Shown piece after piece: positions 18,218-26,984 of a stretch of 64,000 nucleotides of DNA. The translations under genes and the position numbers were made by a program. The stretch comes from a virus. Location: the IMG/VR virus record IMGVR_UViG_3300045988_136451; one strand, 5' to 3'. A model generated the notes under the pieces. It had not been told where the DNA came from. It did no database searches and saw nothing but the letters and a program-made list of their open reading frames with translations. Position 1 is the stretch's first letter. Each line of letters begins with the position of its first letter.

Positions 18218-18637
18218 TCACCCGGTTCGCTCCCACAGCGGCACCGCCACCGACAACGGCATGTTGTTGTGAGGCCGGTTCTGCGCCATGGGCACGTCGT
18301 CCCTGTGGTTCTCCTCGTCGTTGATGAAGCCCCACCCGGAGGTACCGGTGCCTTGGAAGAACTCGACCCCCGACATGCTCGAACCAGAGGCTAGGTTGCA
18401 CAGGAGCGCGTGCGCATGCCACGGAAGCTCCGCAGCGGTGAGCGCGTGCGCGTTCTCCCCGTACCTTCCGCCCGTCCGGTACGTGCCGCCAGCCGCCACG
18501 AGGTACACGCCCTCGTCGTGGCGCTCCCACGTGGTGCCGGGCCACTCCGCGTTCGGGTCGCCCTTGCAGAACACGAACTCGCCGACGGCGTGCGGGCAGT
18601 AAACGGAGCGCTTCGGCCCGAAGAGGATGCTAGTCAC
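18218..18637 (-). CDS. Tail collar-domain paralog 1, 139 aa
   Basis: YCPHAVGE...WPGTTW...HALTAAELPWHAH...RPHNNMPLSVAVPLWERTG. GTG start with RBS gaaggagg. Confidence 0.5.
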   Translation of the reverse strand: MTSILFGPKRSVYCPHAVGEFVFCKGDPNAEWPGTTWERHDEGVYLVAAGGTYRTGGRYGENAHALTAAELPWHAHALLCNLASGSSMSGVEFFQGTGTSGWGFINDEENHRDDVPMAQNRPHNNMPLSVAVPLWERTG

Positions 18638-18649
18638 GATGCGCCTCCT

Positions 18650-19108
18650 TCAGAGCGAGAAGCCCCCCCCCGACGTGCACTTCCACACGTAGGCTGCGAT
18701 GTACGGCGGAACGTTGTTGTGAGGCTTGTCGCCGCCCGTGTAGTAAATCAGGTTCTGCACCCAGTTCGACCACGCCCCCTCCGTGTAGGCCACGGTGCCG
18801 TCGTCCACCCTGTAGTCCCCGGAAGCGCTCATGTTGAACTTCTTCCCGTTCGGATTGTCGGGGGAGTGCGTGTGCCGGGGCATCTCATCGACCGTGAGGA
18901 CGTGCGCGGCCTCGCCGCCCGTGCTGCCGACTGCGTACGCTCCGGAGGCCGCGCCCGCGCACACGAACGTCCCGGCGGCCAAAAGCTCCCACTTCGTCCC
19001 CGGCCATCTTGCTGACGGGTCGGTGTCCGACAGCGTGAAGTACAGGTCTCCCGCGTCGTACGGGCACAAGACCGATTTACCGCCGCCGCTCTGAACCTTG
19101 ACCGTCAT
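18650..19108 (-). CDS. Tail collar-domain paralog 2 (about 152 aa from MTVKVQ), variant C-terminus
   Basis: LCPYDAGD...WPGTKW...HVLTVDEMPRHTH...KPHNNVPPYIAAYVWKCTSGGGFSL. A G9 homopolymer encodes the last residues. Confidence 0.45.
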   Translation of the reverse strand: MTVKVQSGGGKSVLCPYDAGDLYFTLSDTDPSARWPGTKWELLAAGTFVCAGAASGAYAVGSTGGEAAHVLTVDEMPRHTHSPDNPNGKKFNMSASGDYRVDDGTVAYTEGAWSNWVQNLIYYTGGDKPHNNVPPYIAAYVWKCTSGGGFSL

Positions 19109-19129
19109 AGCGGCATCGCCCCGCACAGA

Positions 19130-19531
19130 TCACGCGGTGCGCCTCCACAGCGGGACGCATACGGAGTACGGCATGTTGTTGTGGGGCTGGCCTCCGCCCG
19201 TGTGGACGGAACTGCTGTCAATCCAGTTGTTGCCAGAAACAGCGGCGTACCTCCCCGTGTTGCCGCCCTTCGACAGCTCGACGTTCCAGTTGTTGCCGCC
19301 GTCGCCGGTGTGGCTGTGGCTCGGAATCTCCTCGATGGTGAGGATGTGCGAGTTCTCCCCACGGTTCGTGAGCGTCTTGAAGTTGTCGCCGGAAGAGACG
19401 AGGTAGGTTGCCTCCTCGTATCTGGCCCATGTGGTGCCGGGCCACTCGCCGTTGGGGTCGAACTCGCAGTGCAGCCACGTTCCAACAGGATGCGGGCAGT
19501 AGTAGCCCTTCCCCTTGACGTTAAGCCGCAT
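19130..19531 (-). CDS. Tail collar-domain paralog 3, 133 aa
   Basis: YCPHPVGT...WPGTTW...HILTIEEIPSHSH...QPHNNMPYSVCVPLWRRTA. Confidence 0.5.
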   Translation of the reverse strand: MRLNVKGKGYYCPHPVGTWLHCEFDPNGEWPGTTWARYEEATYLVSSGDNFKTLTNRGENSHILTIEEIPSHSHTGDGGNNWNVELSKGGNTGRYAAVSGNNWIDSSSVHTGGGQPHNNMPYSVCVPLWRRTA

Positions 19532-19549
19532 GGCGCATCACGGAGGCGG

Positions 19550-19990
19550 CTATGCCCCCCCCCTGATCGTGCGCAGGTTTATCTTCACGGGCCAATTAGA
19601 CCCGTTGCAGGTTCCGTCGACATCGGAGAACGTCACCTTCGTCCCGGATATGGCGGCCCTCGCGCGCCAAAGGCACGAGTTGCCCCCAATCGCGGTTCCG
19701 AAATGGAGGTCTACCGTCTTGCCGTTCGGTGAGTACACGCGGAAGGTCGGGAGCCAAACGCCGTCTTCGTACATGAACTCGAAGTCGAGCCACTGGTAGC
19801 TCGCGGCGCTCGCGCTCAACGCGTACACGTTGCCGTTGCTCAAAAGATGGCTGCCGCTCCACAAGGTCGCTACGCCCTGCTTCGAGTACGGGATGGTCGG
19901 TATCTTCGCGAGCGTGAGCGTCGGTATCTGCGCGATGTTGAGCACGGGCGTTTGAACGCCGGACGAGTTACGGTACTTCAGGTACATCTC
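19550..19990 (-). CDS. Small unrelated structural protein inserted in the collar array (about 146 aa from MYLKYRNSS)
   Basis: ORF without the collar motifs. A G9 tract encodes its last codons (RTIRGGA). Confidence 0.3.
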   Translation of the reverse strand, partial: EMYLKYRNSSGVQTPVLNIAQIPTLTLAKIPTIPYSKQGVATLWSGSHLLSNGNVYALSASAASYQWLDFEFMYEDGVWLPTFRVYSPNGKTVDLHFGTAIGGNSCLWRARAAISGTKVTFSDVDGTCNGSNWPVKINLRTIRGGA

Positions 19991-20007
19991 ATGCCTCCTC
20001 TCGGAGG

Positions 20008-20445
20008 CTACGCGGTGCGCCTCCACATATCGACGGAAAGGTACGGGGGCCTGTTCTCATGCGGCTTGTTCCTTCCGGGGAGCCGAACGTACGTATCTTC
20101 CCACTTGACCTTACCGTATTCGCTCGCAATGCCCCAAGCGTCTGCTCCGCCGCTATTGTCGCGCTGCTTCGATTGCAGATTGATTTGCGGCAAAGCGTCT
20201 GCCGACAACGTGACGGAGGCAGCGCCTCCGGTCTTGCCGACGGCGTAATCGCCGGTCGTCGCGCCTCCGCTCGACACGAGGAAGGTGCCCGCAGCGATGC
20301 GCGTCCAAGTCGTCCCCGGCCAGAGAGCGGACGGCGTGACGTTGGATGCGCTGATGTAAACCCCTCCCACCGGGAACGGGCAGAACTGCTGAACGGATGC
20401 TCCGTTGCGCCATTTGAGGACGGACAGGTTAGCCATGCAGACCAC
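20008..20445 (-). CDS. Tail collar-domain paralog 4, 145 aa
   Basis: FCPFPVGG...WPGTTW...RNKPHENRPPYLSVDMWRRTA. Confidence 0.45.
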   Translation of the reverse strand: MVCMANLSVLKWRNGASVQQFCPFPVGGVYISASNVTPSALWPGTTWTRIAAGTFLVSSGGATTGDYAVGKTGGAASVTLSADALPQINLQSKQRDNSGGADAWGIASEYGKVKWEDTYVRLPGRNKPHENRPPYLSVDMWRRTA

Positions 20446-20457
20446 CGCCCGAAGATG

Positions 20458-20870
20458 CTACGCGGTGCGCTTCCACATGTACACGGCGAGCCAAGGCGGC
20501 ATGTTGTTGTGCGCCGCGCCGCGCCGCCGGTATTTGCGATTCCGCCGTCCTGCCACCTGCTGCTGGGCGGCGACGGAGTATGCCACTCCCAGCCCCATGT
20601 GGCGACGTTGCCGCCGTCCTCGACCGCAAGAAGCTGATGATGATGGCTCGGCATCTCGTCGATTGTGAGCACGTGCGTGTTGGAGCCGTACGTATTGTTG
20701 ACCTTGTAGGTGTCGCCCGCCGAGACGAGGTAATGGCCCTCTCCATGCCGATGCCACGTCGTGCCCGGCCAGACCGCGTTGGGGTCGTACAGGCAGAAAA
20801 GGCACGTGCCGACAGGGAACGGGCAGTACTCCTCGAACGACGCGCCTTGGCGGAACTTGATCTTAGCCAC
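20458..20870 (-). pseudogene. Tail collar-domain paralog 5, frame-disrupted at a (GGCGC)3 pentanucleotide repeat (plus-strand GCGCC x3 at 20511..20525)
   Basis: N-terminal part (MAKIKF...YCPFPVGT...WPGTTW...HVLTIDEMPSHHH) is in the frame that starts at 20870. The conserved C-terminus GAAHNNMPPWLAVYMWKRTA is in the -1 frame ending at 20458. Removing one 5-nt unit gives ...IANTGGAAHNNMPP... in frame. Confidence 0.55.
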
Positions 20871-20885
20871 GGGAAGCCTCCCGCG

Positions 20886-21308
20886 CTACGCCGTCCTCTT
20901 CCAGACGTTGACGGAGATATGCAGGGGGTAGTAATCTGCCCCCCCTCCCGTCGCTCTACAGGCATCCATGTCCCAGTTGTACTTTTTATCTTGGGCGATC
21001 CATGGCGGGTAAGAGCCTCTAAGCGTTGTCGTACCAGCCTCGCTGTTGTAGCCGTAATACTCGTGAGTATGCGACGGCATCTGCGCGATGCCTATCTTCT
21101 TCGAGCCTCCGGTTGAACCCGCTGCGGCATAACCGGCCGTTCCGGCGCAAGCCAGTACGCCGCCCGTCAGCTTCGCCCACGAACCGCCCAAGACGGTGGC
21201 GGGGTTCTCCGAGCCGACGGTGAGGTAGAGGCTGTTCACCGGGTACACGAGGTCGAGCATCGTCTTGCCGATGCCGCCCTCCAGATGGAACCCGCTCAAT
21301 CTTGCCAT
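20886..21308 (-). CDS. Tail collar-domain paralog 6 (about 140 aa from MARLSGF)
   Basis: RBS aggagg. ...KIGIAQMPSHTHEYY...ADYYPLHISVNVWKRTA. Confidence 0.45.
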   Translation of the reverse strand: MARLSGFHLEGGIGKTMLDLVYPVNSLYLTVGSENPATVLGGSWAKLTGGVLACAGTAGYAAAGSTGGSKKIGIAQMPSHTHEYYGYNSEAGTTTLRGSYPPWIAQDKKYNWDMDACRATGGGADYYPLHISVNVWKRTA

Positions 21309-21363
21309 TGCCGCCTCCTGTGGTGTCGAATGCTGAAATGATAGCACAGGGCCGCGCGCTCGG

Positions 21364-22455
21364 CTACGCCGCCTTCTCGTAGCGGAAGAAGTGCGTCCAG
21401 CTGCCGGAGATTTTCACCACGGATATCTCGTCGCCCGTCTGGTCTCCGCCCTGCCCGTATATGCCGCCGTCCTCGGCGCTGTGAGCGCCCGCCGTCTCGC
21501 CGTTGCCGATATACCATTCCGTGTGAGCGGCGCGCCACATGATGTCGCCGCGCTTCAGCGAGCCGACGTTGCCGTCGTACGGGTACATCTTCCATCCGAT
21601 GGGCGGAAGAACCTCCTGCATGCGCGTCGTGTTGAACGTCCAGCTTCCAAGCTCCTCGCGCGTCCATCCACCGGCGAGGAGCGAGTAGAAGACCAATGAC
21701 GAGCAGTCGTAGTCGGGGTTCCCGTCGCGGTTCCCCTGACTGTACCCGTGGCTGTCGTCGTTGCATATCTGTATGGCCCACTGCACGGCCTTCTCGACCG
21801 CCTCGTACGAGGCGGTTCCCCCTCCGGCTGACGACGAGCCGCCGGAGCCTATGGCGGGGCCTGACGTTTGCAGCATCTTGTAAATCTGGTTCACCATGTC
21901 CGCGCCTTGGGTGTCGGCCAGCTTGACGCGGTACATCGACGTTGCGAACTCGATCACGTCGTCGGGCAGCTGCCCTATGGCGATCTTCGACGCGTCCCAG
22001 TTGGCGACGTTGGTGAGCACGTTCGCCCCCACGCGCCAGTACTCATCGTGCGTCTTCCACGTCGAGCTGTTCGTGAACAGGAGCTGCTGCGATTCGTACA
22101 GCCCCGCGTCCCAGTAGAGCGCTTGGAGGCGGTAGAGCGCGCACTTCCCGGACATCTCGAAGTCGGCGTTGTAAAGCCGCCAGAAGTCGCACTTGGTGAT
22201 GTACCCGGCGAAGACCGGGTACTCGTCGCCCTTGGACAGGCGTATGACGATTCTGTCCATGGGGGTGAACGCCCCGTTGTACTTCCCTCCCTTGTTCTGA
22301 AGGGACAGGGAGAACGTGGAGCAGCTATCGACGTTCAGGTTTATCTTGAAGCCGGTGATGTCGTCGGTGAGGTCGTACGCGCGCACGGAGCCGTCCGGCT
22401 GGCGCACCGCCACCTCGGCCTTGACCATCGGCGTGTAGGCGAGTATGGCCGTCAT
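21364..22455 (-). CDS. Tail-associated lysin paralog 2: shared N-terminal module plus CHAP/NlpC-P60-like cysteine peptidase domain
   Basis: MTAILAYTPMVKAEV... N-terminal module. C-terminus DCSSLVFYSL (Cys) and HTEWYIGNGETAGAHS (His). Start overlaps the stop of 22452..23552. The track ORF 21364..22731 includes upstream read-through. Confidence 0.5.
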   Translation of the reverse strand: MTAILAYTPMVKAEVAVRQPDGSVRAYDLTDDITGFKINLNVDSCSTFSLSLQNKGGKYNGAFTPMDRIVIRLSKGDEYPVFAGYITKCDFWRLYNADFEMSGKCALYRLQALYWDAGLYESQQLLFTNSSTWKTHDEYWRVGANVLTNVANWDASKIAIGQLPDDVIEFATSMYRVKLADTQGADMVNQIYKMLQTSGPAIGSGGSSSAGGGTASYEAVEKAVQWAIQICNDDSHGYSQGNRDGNPDYDCSSLVFYSLLAGGWTREELGSWTFNTTRMQEVLPPIGWKMYPYDGNVGSLKRGDIMWRAAHTEWYIGNGETAGAHSAEDGGIYGQGGDQTGDEISVVKISGSWTHFFRYEKAA

Positions 22456-23552
22456 GGCAGAAGCCCCGGCCTGCACGGATAGGCCTCGTCGAGTATAACG
22501 CCGCCGTTCCAGCCCCACCCGGTGCCCTGCGGCACGTAGGTGTTGCCGGAGTTCACCCATTCCGTCAGCGACCACTCGTGCACGTACCCTATGTTGTCGA
22601 GAACCACGCCGTTGCCGACGTAGATTCCCACATGGCCGTACACGCATCCGGGGTTGCCGGAGTTGTCCCAGCCGTAGCCGAACACGGCTGCTCCGACCTT
22701 GACCTTGCTCCAATCCGTCGATGCGCCCCACGCCCGCGCCGCCTCGCGCGCCGAAGACTTGCGGGGTATCTTGATTCCGGCAGCGTCGAACACGTCGTCA
22801 ACCCACTTCTGGCAGAAGCCGCCCTGCGTGGTTATGCCGTACCTCTCGGAGTTCTTCGCGACCTCGACGATCTTCTTCTGCGCCTCGGTCACGTCGCCGT
22901 CGAACACGTCCCCGCCGAGGCCCCCGATGTCCCCCGTCGCCTCCGTGAAGGTAGGCCCCGACACCTGCAACATCGAGTAGATTTGATTCACCATGTCGGC
23001 TCCCTGCGTGTCGGCCAGCCTCGCATCGTACATCGACAGCGCCCACTCGATGACCTCGGTCGGTATCTGGCCCACGCTGATGCGCTCGGCGGGCCAACCG
23101 GCGACGCTCATCAGGACGTTGGCTGCGGCGCGCCAGTAGCCGCCGTCCTGATCGGAGCTTTCGGCGCTCTGGAAAGTGACAAGCTCGCGAGACGCGAGAA
23201 GGCCGCTGTCCCAGTAAAGGGCCTGCAAGCGCCATAGAACGTCCTTGCCCGTTATGGTGACGGGCTGCGAGTTCAGCATGAACATGGGAACCTTCGTGAC
23301 GTAGCCCGCTAGGACTTGGTAGCGGTTCGCCTTGGAGAGGTATATGGCTATCGCGTCCATGGGCTTGAACGCCCCGTCGTACTTGCCGCCGACGTTCTGA
23401 AGCGTGAGCGAGAACGTGGAGCAGCCGTCGGTGTTCAGCGTCACGGAGAAGTCGGTGATGTCGTCGGTGAGGTCGTAGTACTTGTAGCCGTTCGCCGTCT
23501 GCGCCCTCACCTGCGCGCTCACCATCGGCGTGTAGGCGAGTATGGCCGTCAT
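22452..23552 (-). CDS. Tail-associated lysin paralog 1: shared N-terminal module plus CHAP/NlpC-P60-like domain
   Basis: MTAILAYTPMVSAQV... N-terminal module. C-terminus GFCQKWVDDVF (Cys) ... YGHVGIYVGNG (His). Confidence 0.5.
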   Translation of the reverse strand: MTAILAYTPMVSAQVRAQTANGYKYYDLTDDITDFSVTLNTDGCSTFSLTLQNVGGKYDGAFKPMDAIAIYLSKANRYQVLAGYVTKVPMFMLNSQPVTITGKDVLWRLQALYWDSGLLASRELVTFQSAESSDQDGGYWRAAANVLMSVAGWPAERISVGQIPTEVIEWALSMYDARLADTQGADMVNQIYSMLQVSGPTFTEATGDIGGLGGDVFDGDVTEAQKKIVEVAKNSERYGITTQGGFCQKWVDDVFDAAGIKIPRKSSAREAARAWGASTDWSKVKVGAAVFGYGWDNSGNPGCVYGHVGIYVGNGVVLDNIGYVHEWSLTEWVNSGNTYVPQGTGWGWNGGVILDEAYPCRPGLLP

Positions 23553-24061
23553 GCCCCGGTCGCCTCCCCACGGAACGCAGCGTCGCCCTGCGCCTTGATA
23601 TCGTCCTGCTCAACCTTGTCGGCGGGGATGTCGCCAACGCCTCCGGTGTTCTCGCTCTCGTTGCCCTCCTCGCCCGTCTCGTCCTTGACGATGACGCACT
23701 GGTAGGAGTTCTGATAGACGGAATCGCCGAACTTCACGTCAACCGGGAAGCTGGTGAACGCGATGGAGTAGGACTTCTTTATGACGGGGATGGACAGCAC
23801 CATGTGGCTCGGCTTGGTCATCGAGGTGAGGTACATGTGGTACTCGGCTATCCAGCGCGAGAACTCCAAGTACTCCTCCCGGCTCCTGAACGCGAGGCCG
23901 AGCGTTATGTCGCTCTTGCGCCAGTTGCGGGGGTACGCCGTCTGCCCCTGCCGCGCGTACGACGTTGCCGTGAGGCCGAGCGACATGCCGAAGGCGAAGT
24001 CCTCGACTATGACATCCTTGCTCCTGCCGTTGTACGTCAGCGTCCCGTTGAACGTTCCCAT
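23549..24061 (-). CDS. Baseplate/tail assembly protein, 170 aa
   Basis: ORF between the post-tape-measure gene and the hub-lysin paralogs. Confidence 0.3.
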   Translation of the reverse strand: MGTFNGTLTYNGRSKDVIVEDFAFGMSLGLTATSYARQGQTAYPRNWRKSDITLGLAFRSREEYLEFSRWIAEYHMYLTSMTKPSHMVLSIPVIKKSYSIAFTSFPVDVKFGDSVYQNSYQCVIVKDETGEEGNESENTGGVGDIPADKVEQDDIKAQGDAAFRGEATGA

Positions 24062-24062
24062 G

Positions 24063-24776
24063 TCAGCTCACCCTGTTGTAGGAGCCGTCTTCGTTCCACA
24101 CGTAGCGAACCATCTCCGACGTGCCGCCCGACACTTCGAGGCGCACCACGCCGTCGTCGGTCGTGACCTCTCCCTCGTCGTTCTGCCTGATCTTCTCGTA
24201 CTGCTCGTAGAGGCTCGCGCCGTAAGCATCGTAGCTCCCGCTGTTCTCCACGACCTGCTTCAGCGCCTTCAGCATGTCTTCCCAGTTGTTCGTGTCGGGC
24301 GTGTTGTACACGCTGCGCGTCCACCCAACGCCGTCGGGGATGGCGTTGAGCGCGTCGGTCGCCACGATCTCCTTGATGGTGTCGAAGCCGGTATCGACGA
24401 AGAACGTGAGCTGGTAGCTTATGGCCGCGACCTTCGGGCTGTAGCTGAACTTCGACACGTCCTTCAGGAACACCTTCCCGTTCCATCCGAGCACCGGGAA
24501 GTAGAACGTGACCGGGTTGCCGGTGTCCACGTGGTACTGCATGATGTCGGCCATCTTCTGCTGGAACTCCTCCATGCGCTGGTAGCGGTTCTCGTTCGTG
24601 AGGCCGCGCGCCGAGAGGTAGCCGGTGATGGTGAGGTCGCTGATGTTGCGCGCGATGATCTGGACGACGGTGCCGCCCTTCGTCTGAATCTTGTTCGTCT
24701 TCAGCTCGTAGCCCCATTTCGCCGTGCTGGGGTCGATGCCGAACGCGTAGTTGCCGAGCCTCGCCGTAGCCATCAC
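24063..24776 (-). CDS. Tail protein immediately downstream of the tape measure, 237 aa
   Basis: Position (XkdP/gpU-equivalent slot). Overlaps the tape-measure stop. Confidence 0.3.
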   Translation of the reverse strand: MMATARLGNYAFGIDPSTAKWGYELKTNKIQTKGGTVVQIIARNISDLTITGYLSARGLTNENRYQRMEEFQQKMADIMQYHVDTGNPVTFYFPVLGWNGKVFLKDVSKFSYSPKVAAISYQLTFFVDTGFDTIKEIVATDALNAIPDGVGWTRSVYNTPDTNNWEDMLKALKQVVENSGSYDAYGASLYEQYEKIRQNDEGEVTTDDGVVRLEVSGGTSEMVRYVWNEDGSYNRVS

Positions 24777-26983
24777 ATGCCCCCGTTGTCCGACTGCATC
24801 TGCTCGCGCCCGTTCTCGACCATGATGGCGAGCACCTTTTCAGCGTCGTCCTGCCACCTCACGGTCAGCGCCACGGGCGTTTCTCCCGTGTCGGAATCGG
24901 AGTAGCCGTACCACGCGCCCTTGTCCTGCCAGTCGAACTTGCCCGACAGGAACGACGCAGCGCCCGTCTGGTTGCCGAGCCAGTCCTTGCCGTACTCGCC
25001 GTAAGACCACGCGGTGTCGCTGAACATGCGGGCCATGCCCTCGTCGGTCATCCCGGCCATGTCCTCTGCGGTCACTTCGCCGGAAAGCTCCATGGCCTGC
25101 ATGAAGATGGCCTTCTCGTCGTCCGACAGGCTCGCGTAGTCCTTCGACAGGATGTCCTTCAGAACCGCGTCGCCCTTCTTGTCGCCCATGCTAAGGCCGC
25201 TCACGTAGTTGGACATCCCGCTGACCTCGATGATGCCCGCCTCGGAGTACGTGTTGATGCTCGATGCCTCGGTGCTTCCGCCAAGCTCCTTCGCACGTTC
25301 GAGCATGGAGTTCACGCCGTCGCCGCCCACCGATTCCTGCTGGGCGCGGTTCGCGCCGCCCACGAGAACGTCGGACAGCATGTCGAACACCCCGTCGGGG
25401 TCTTCTATGAGGCTCATTGGAAGCTGCTTCATGCCGAACAGGGACGCGAGCTGCTGCTGCACGCTTATCTGCTTCGCCATGCCGTCGATGCCGAGGCCGC
25501 TTGCGCTCTTCAGCTCGCCCACCACGCTGTTGAACTTGTCCCGGTCGCCGCTCATGACCGCGCCGATGAGCGCTTCCACGTCGCCGCCCTTCGTCTGCGC
25601 GGCGTACCCGACCGTCTGCTGTATGGCGGCTGCGTACGCCTGACCGGTGTCCATGCCCTGCGCGATGTTCTGCGACACGTTGTTCTGGAACATGGGGTTG
25701 CTCCCGTACGCGCTTATGAAGCCGTTGGCGGCGCTGTAGGTGTTGCCGCTCGCGTCGCCGAAGAAGCGGGTGAGGTCAACGCCGACCTCCTGCGCCTCGA
25801 CCGACGAGCCGGTAAGCCCCTCCATGGTCTTCGCGAAGCCCTCCTGCTGCTCCTGTATGGACGACAGGGACGCGCCCGTGCTCTCCGCCACCTGCGCGAG
25901 CGTGTCGAACTTCTCGTTCAGGTAATCGACGCTCTTGCCGCCCTTCACGACGGCCTTCACGTACTCGTCGGTCGCCTTCGAGGCGGACAGGCCGCGCTCC
26001 TGCGTCGCGTTCACGACCCAATCGTATCCCTGTCCGTACGTCTCGCTGCCGTAGGTCGCGCCGCCCGACATGAGGCCCTGCTGAATCGTCTGCACGTCCT
26101 TGTCCGAGAGGTTGGTCGTGAACTCCGTGAGCTTCGACTGGATGCCCTGCTCCACGCCGACGTTGAGGTTGCCGGTGCCGCCGGTCGCCTCCAACGAGGC
26201 GTTCTTCAGACCTTGGAACTGGTCGATGCCGCTCTCCACGAGGTTGAGACCCGCAACGGCGGTGCCGAGCACCGCGCCCACGGGGCCGAGGAACTTCAGC
26301 ACGCCGCCCGCCTTTGAAAGGACGTTGGCGATGGTGCCCATGCCGCGCGTGCCGCCAGCCCCCAGAGCGCCTATGACGGACGTAGCGCCCTGCGCGACCT
26401 CCGCTGCGGTTCCCGCGCCCTGCATGACGCGATCTGCCGTGCTAGGCCCTTCATAGCTCTCCACAAGCCTATCGAAGGAGCTTTGCTGCGCAGACGCGCT
26501 GCCCTGACGCACGACGTTCGAGTACAGCTTGTCCATGAACTCGTCGTCGCGCGCCCGCATGTCCTCCGCCATCTGTCGGCGGTCGTCGTCGAGGGCGCGT
26601 ATGAACTCATCGACCTTCTTGGTTCGCTCCGCCTGCTCCTTGTCGATCTTCTCCTGAAGACTGGCGAACGTCTCCCTCGTCTCGCGAGCGGCATCCGTCT
26701 GCTCCTCAACCGCCTTGGTGAGTTCGGGGGTTTCGAGAACCATGGCCGCGCCGGTGCCGTTGCCGTCGATGCCGACGCTGCCGCCTAGGTCGCGTATCTC
26801 CTCGATGTAGTCTTGGAACACCCCTATCTGCTTGGTCATCTTATCGACCTCGGAGACGAGGGAGGTTGCCGCCTCCTCGACAACGCTCTTCGACGCGTCG
26901 GCGCGCTGCACCAGCTCGCCCATGCGCTGCGCAACGTCCGTGGAGGACGTTACGGGCCTGCGTACCACGTTGTCTTCGGCCAT
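24773..26983 (-). CDS. Tail tape measure protein
   Basis: 736 aa, alpha-helical and Gly/Ala/Gln-rich repetitive sequence. Directly downstream of the frameshifting chaperone pair and the tube/sheath genes. Confidence 0.6.
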   Translation of the reverse strand: MAEDNVVRRPVTSSTDVAQRMGELVQRADASKSVVEEAATSLVSEVDKMTKQIGVFQDYIEEIRDLGGSVGIDGNGTGAAMVLETPELTKAVEEQTDAARETRETFASLQEKIDKEQAERTKKVDEFIRALDDDRRQMAEDMRARDDEFMDKLYSNVVRQGSASAQQSSFDRLVESYEGPSTADRVMQGAGTAAEVAQGATSVIGALGAGGTRGMGTIANVLSKAGGVLKFLGPVGAVLGTAVAGLNLVESGIDQFQGLKNASLEATGGTGNLNVGVEQGIQSKLTEFTTNLSDKDVQTIQQGLMSGGATYGSETYGQGYDWVVNATQERGLSASKATDEYVKAVVKGGKSVDYLNEKFDTLAQVAESTGASLSSIQEQQEGFAKTMEGLTGSSVEAQEVGVDLTRFFGDASGNTYSAANGFISAYGSNPMFQNNVSQNIAQGMDTGQAYAAAIQQTVGYAAQTKGGDVEALIGAVMSGDRDKFNSVVGELKSASGLGIDGMAKQISVQQQLASLFGMKQLPMSLIEDPDGVFDMLSDVLVGGANRAQQESVGGDGVNSMLERAKELGGSTEASSINTYSEAGIIEVSGMSNYVSGLSMGDKKGDAVLKDILSKDYASLSDDEKAIFMQAMELSGEVTAEDMAGMTDEGMARMFSDTAWSYGEYGKDWLGNQTGAASFLSGKFDWQDKGAWYGYSDSDTGETPVALTVRWQDDAEKVLAIMVENGREQMQSDNGGM

Positions 26984-26984
26984 G

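Noticed and set aside
19989-20870. 293 aa ORF as a single long gene
   Set aside because: Only the first ~115 aa match the collar-paralog family. The remainder is wrong-frame read-through over the next gene, and the conserved C-terminus lies in the -1 frame after the (GGCGC)3 repeat.
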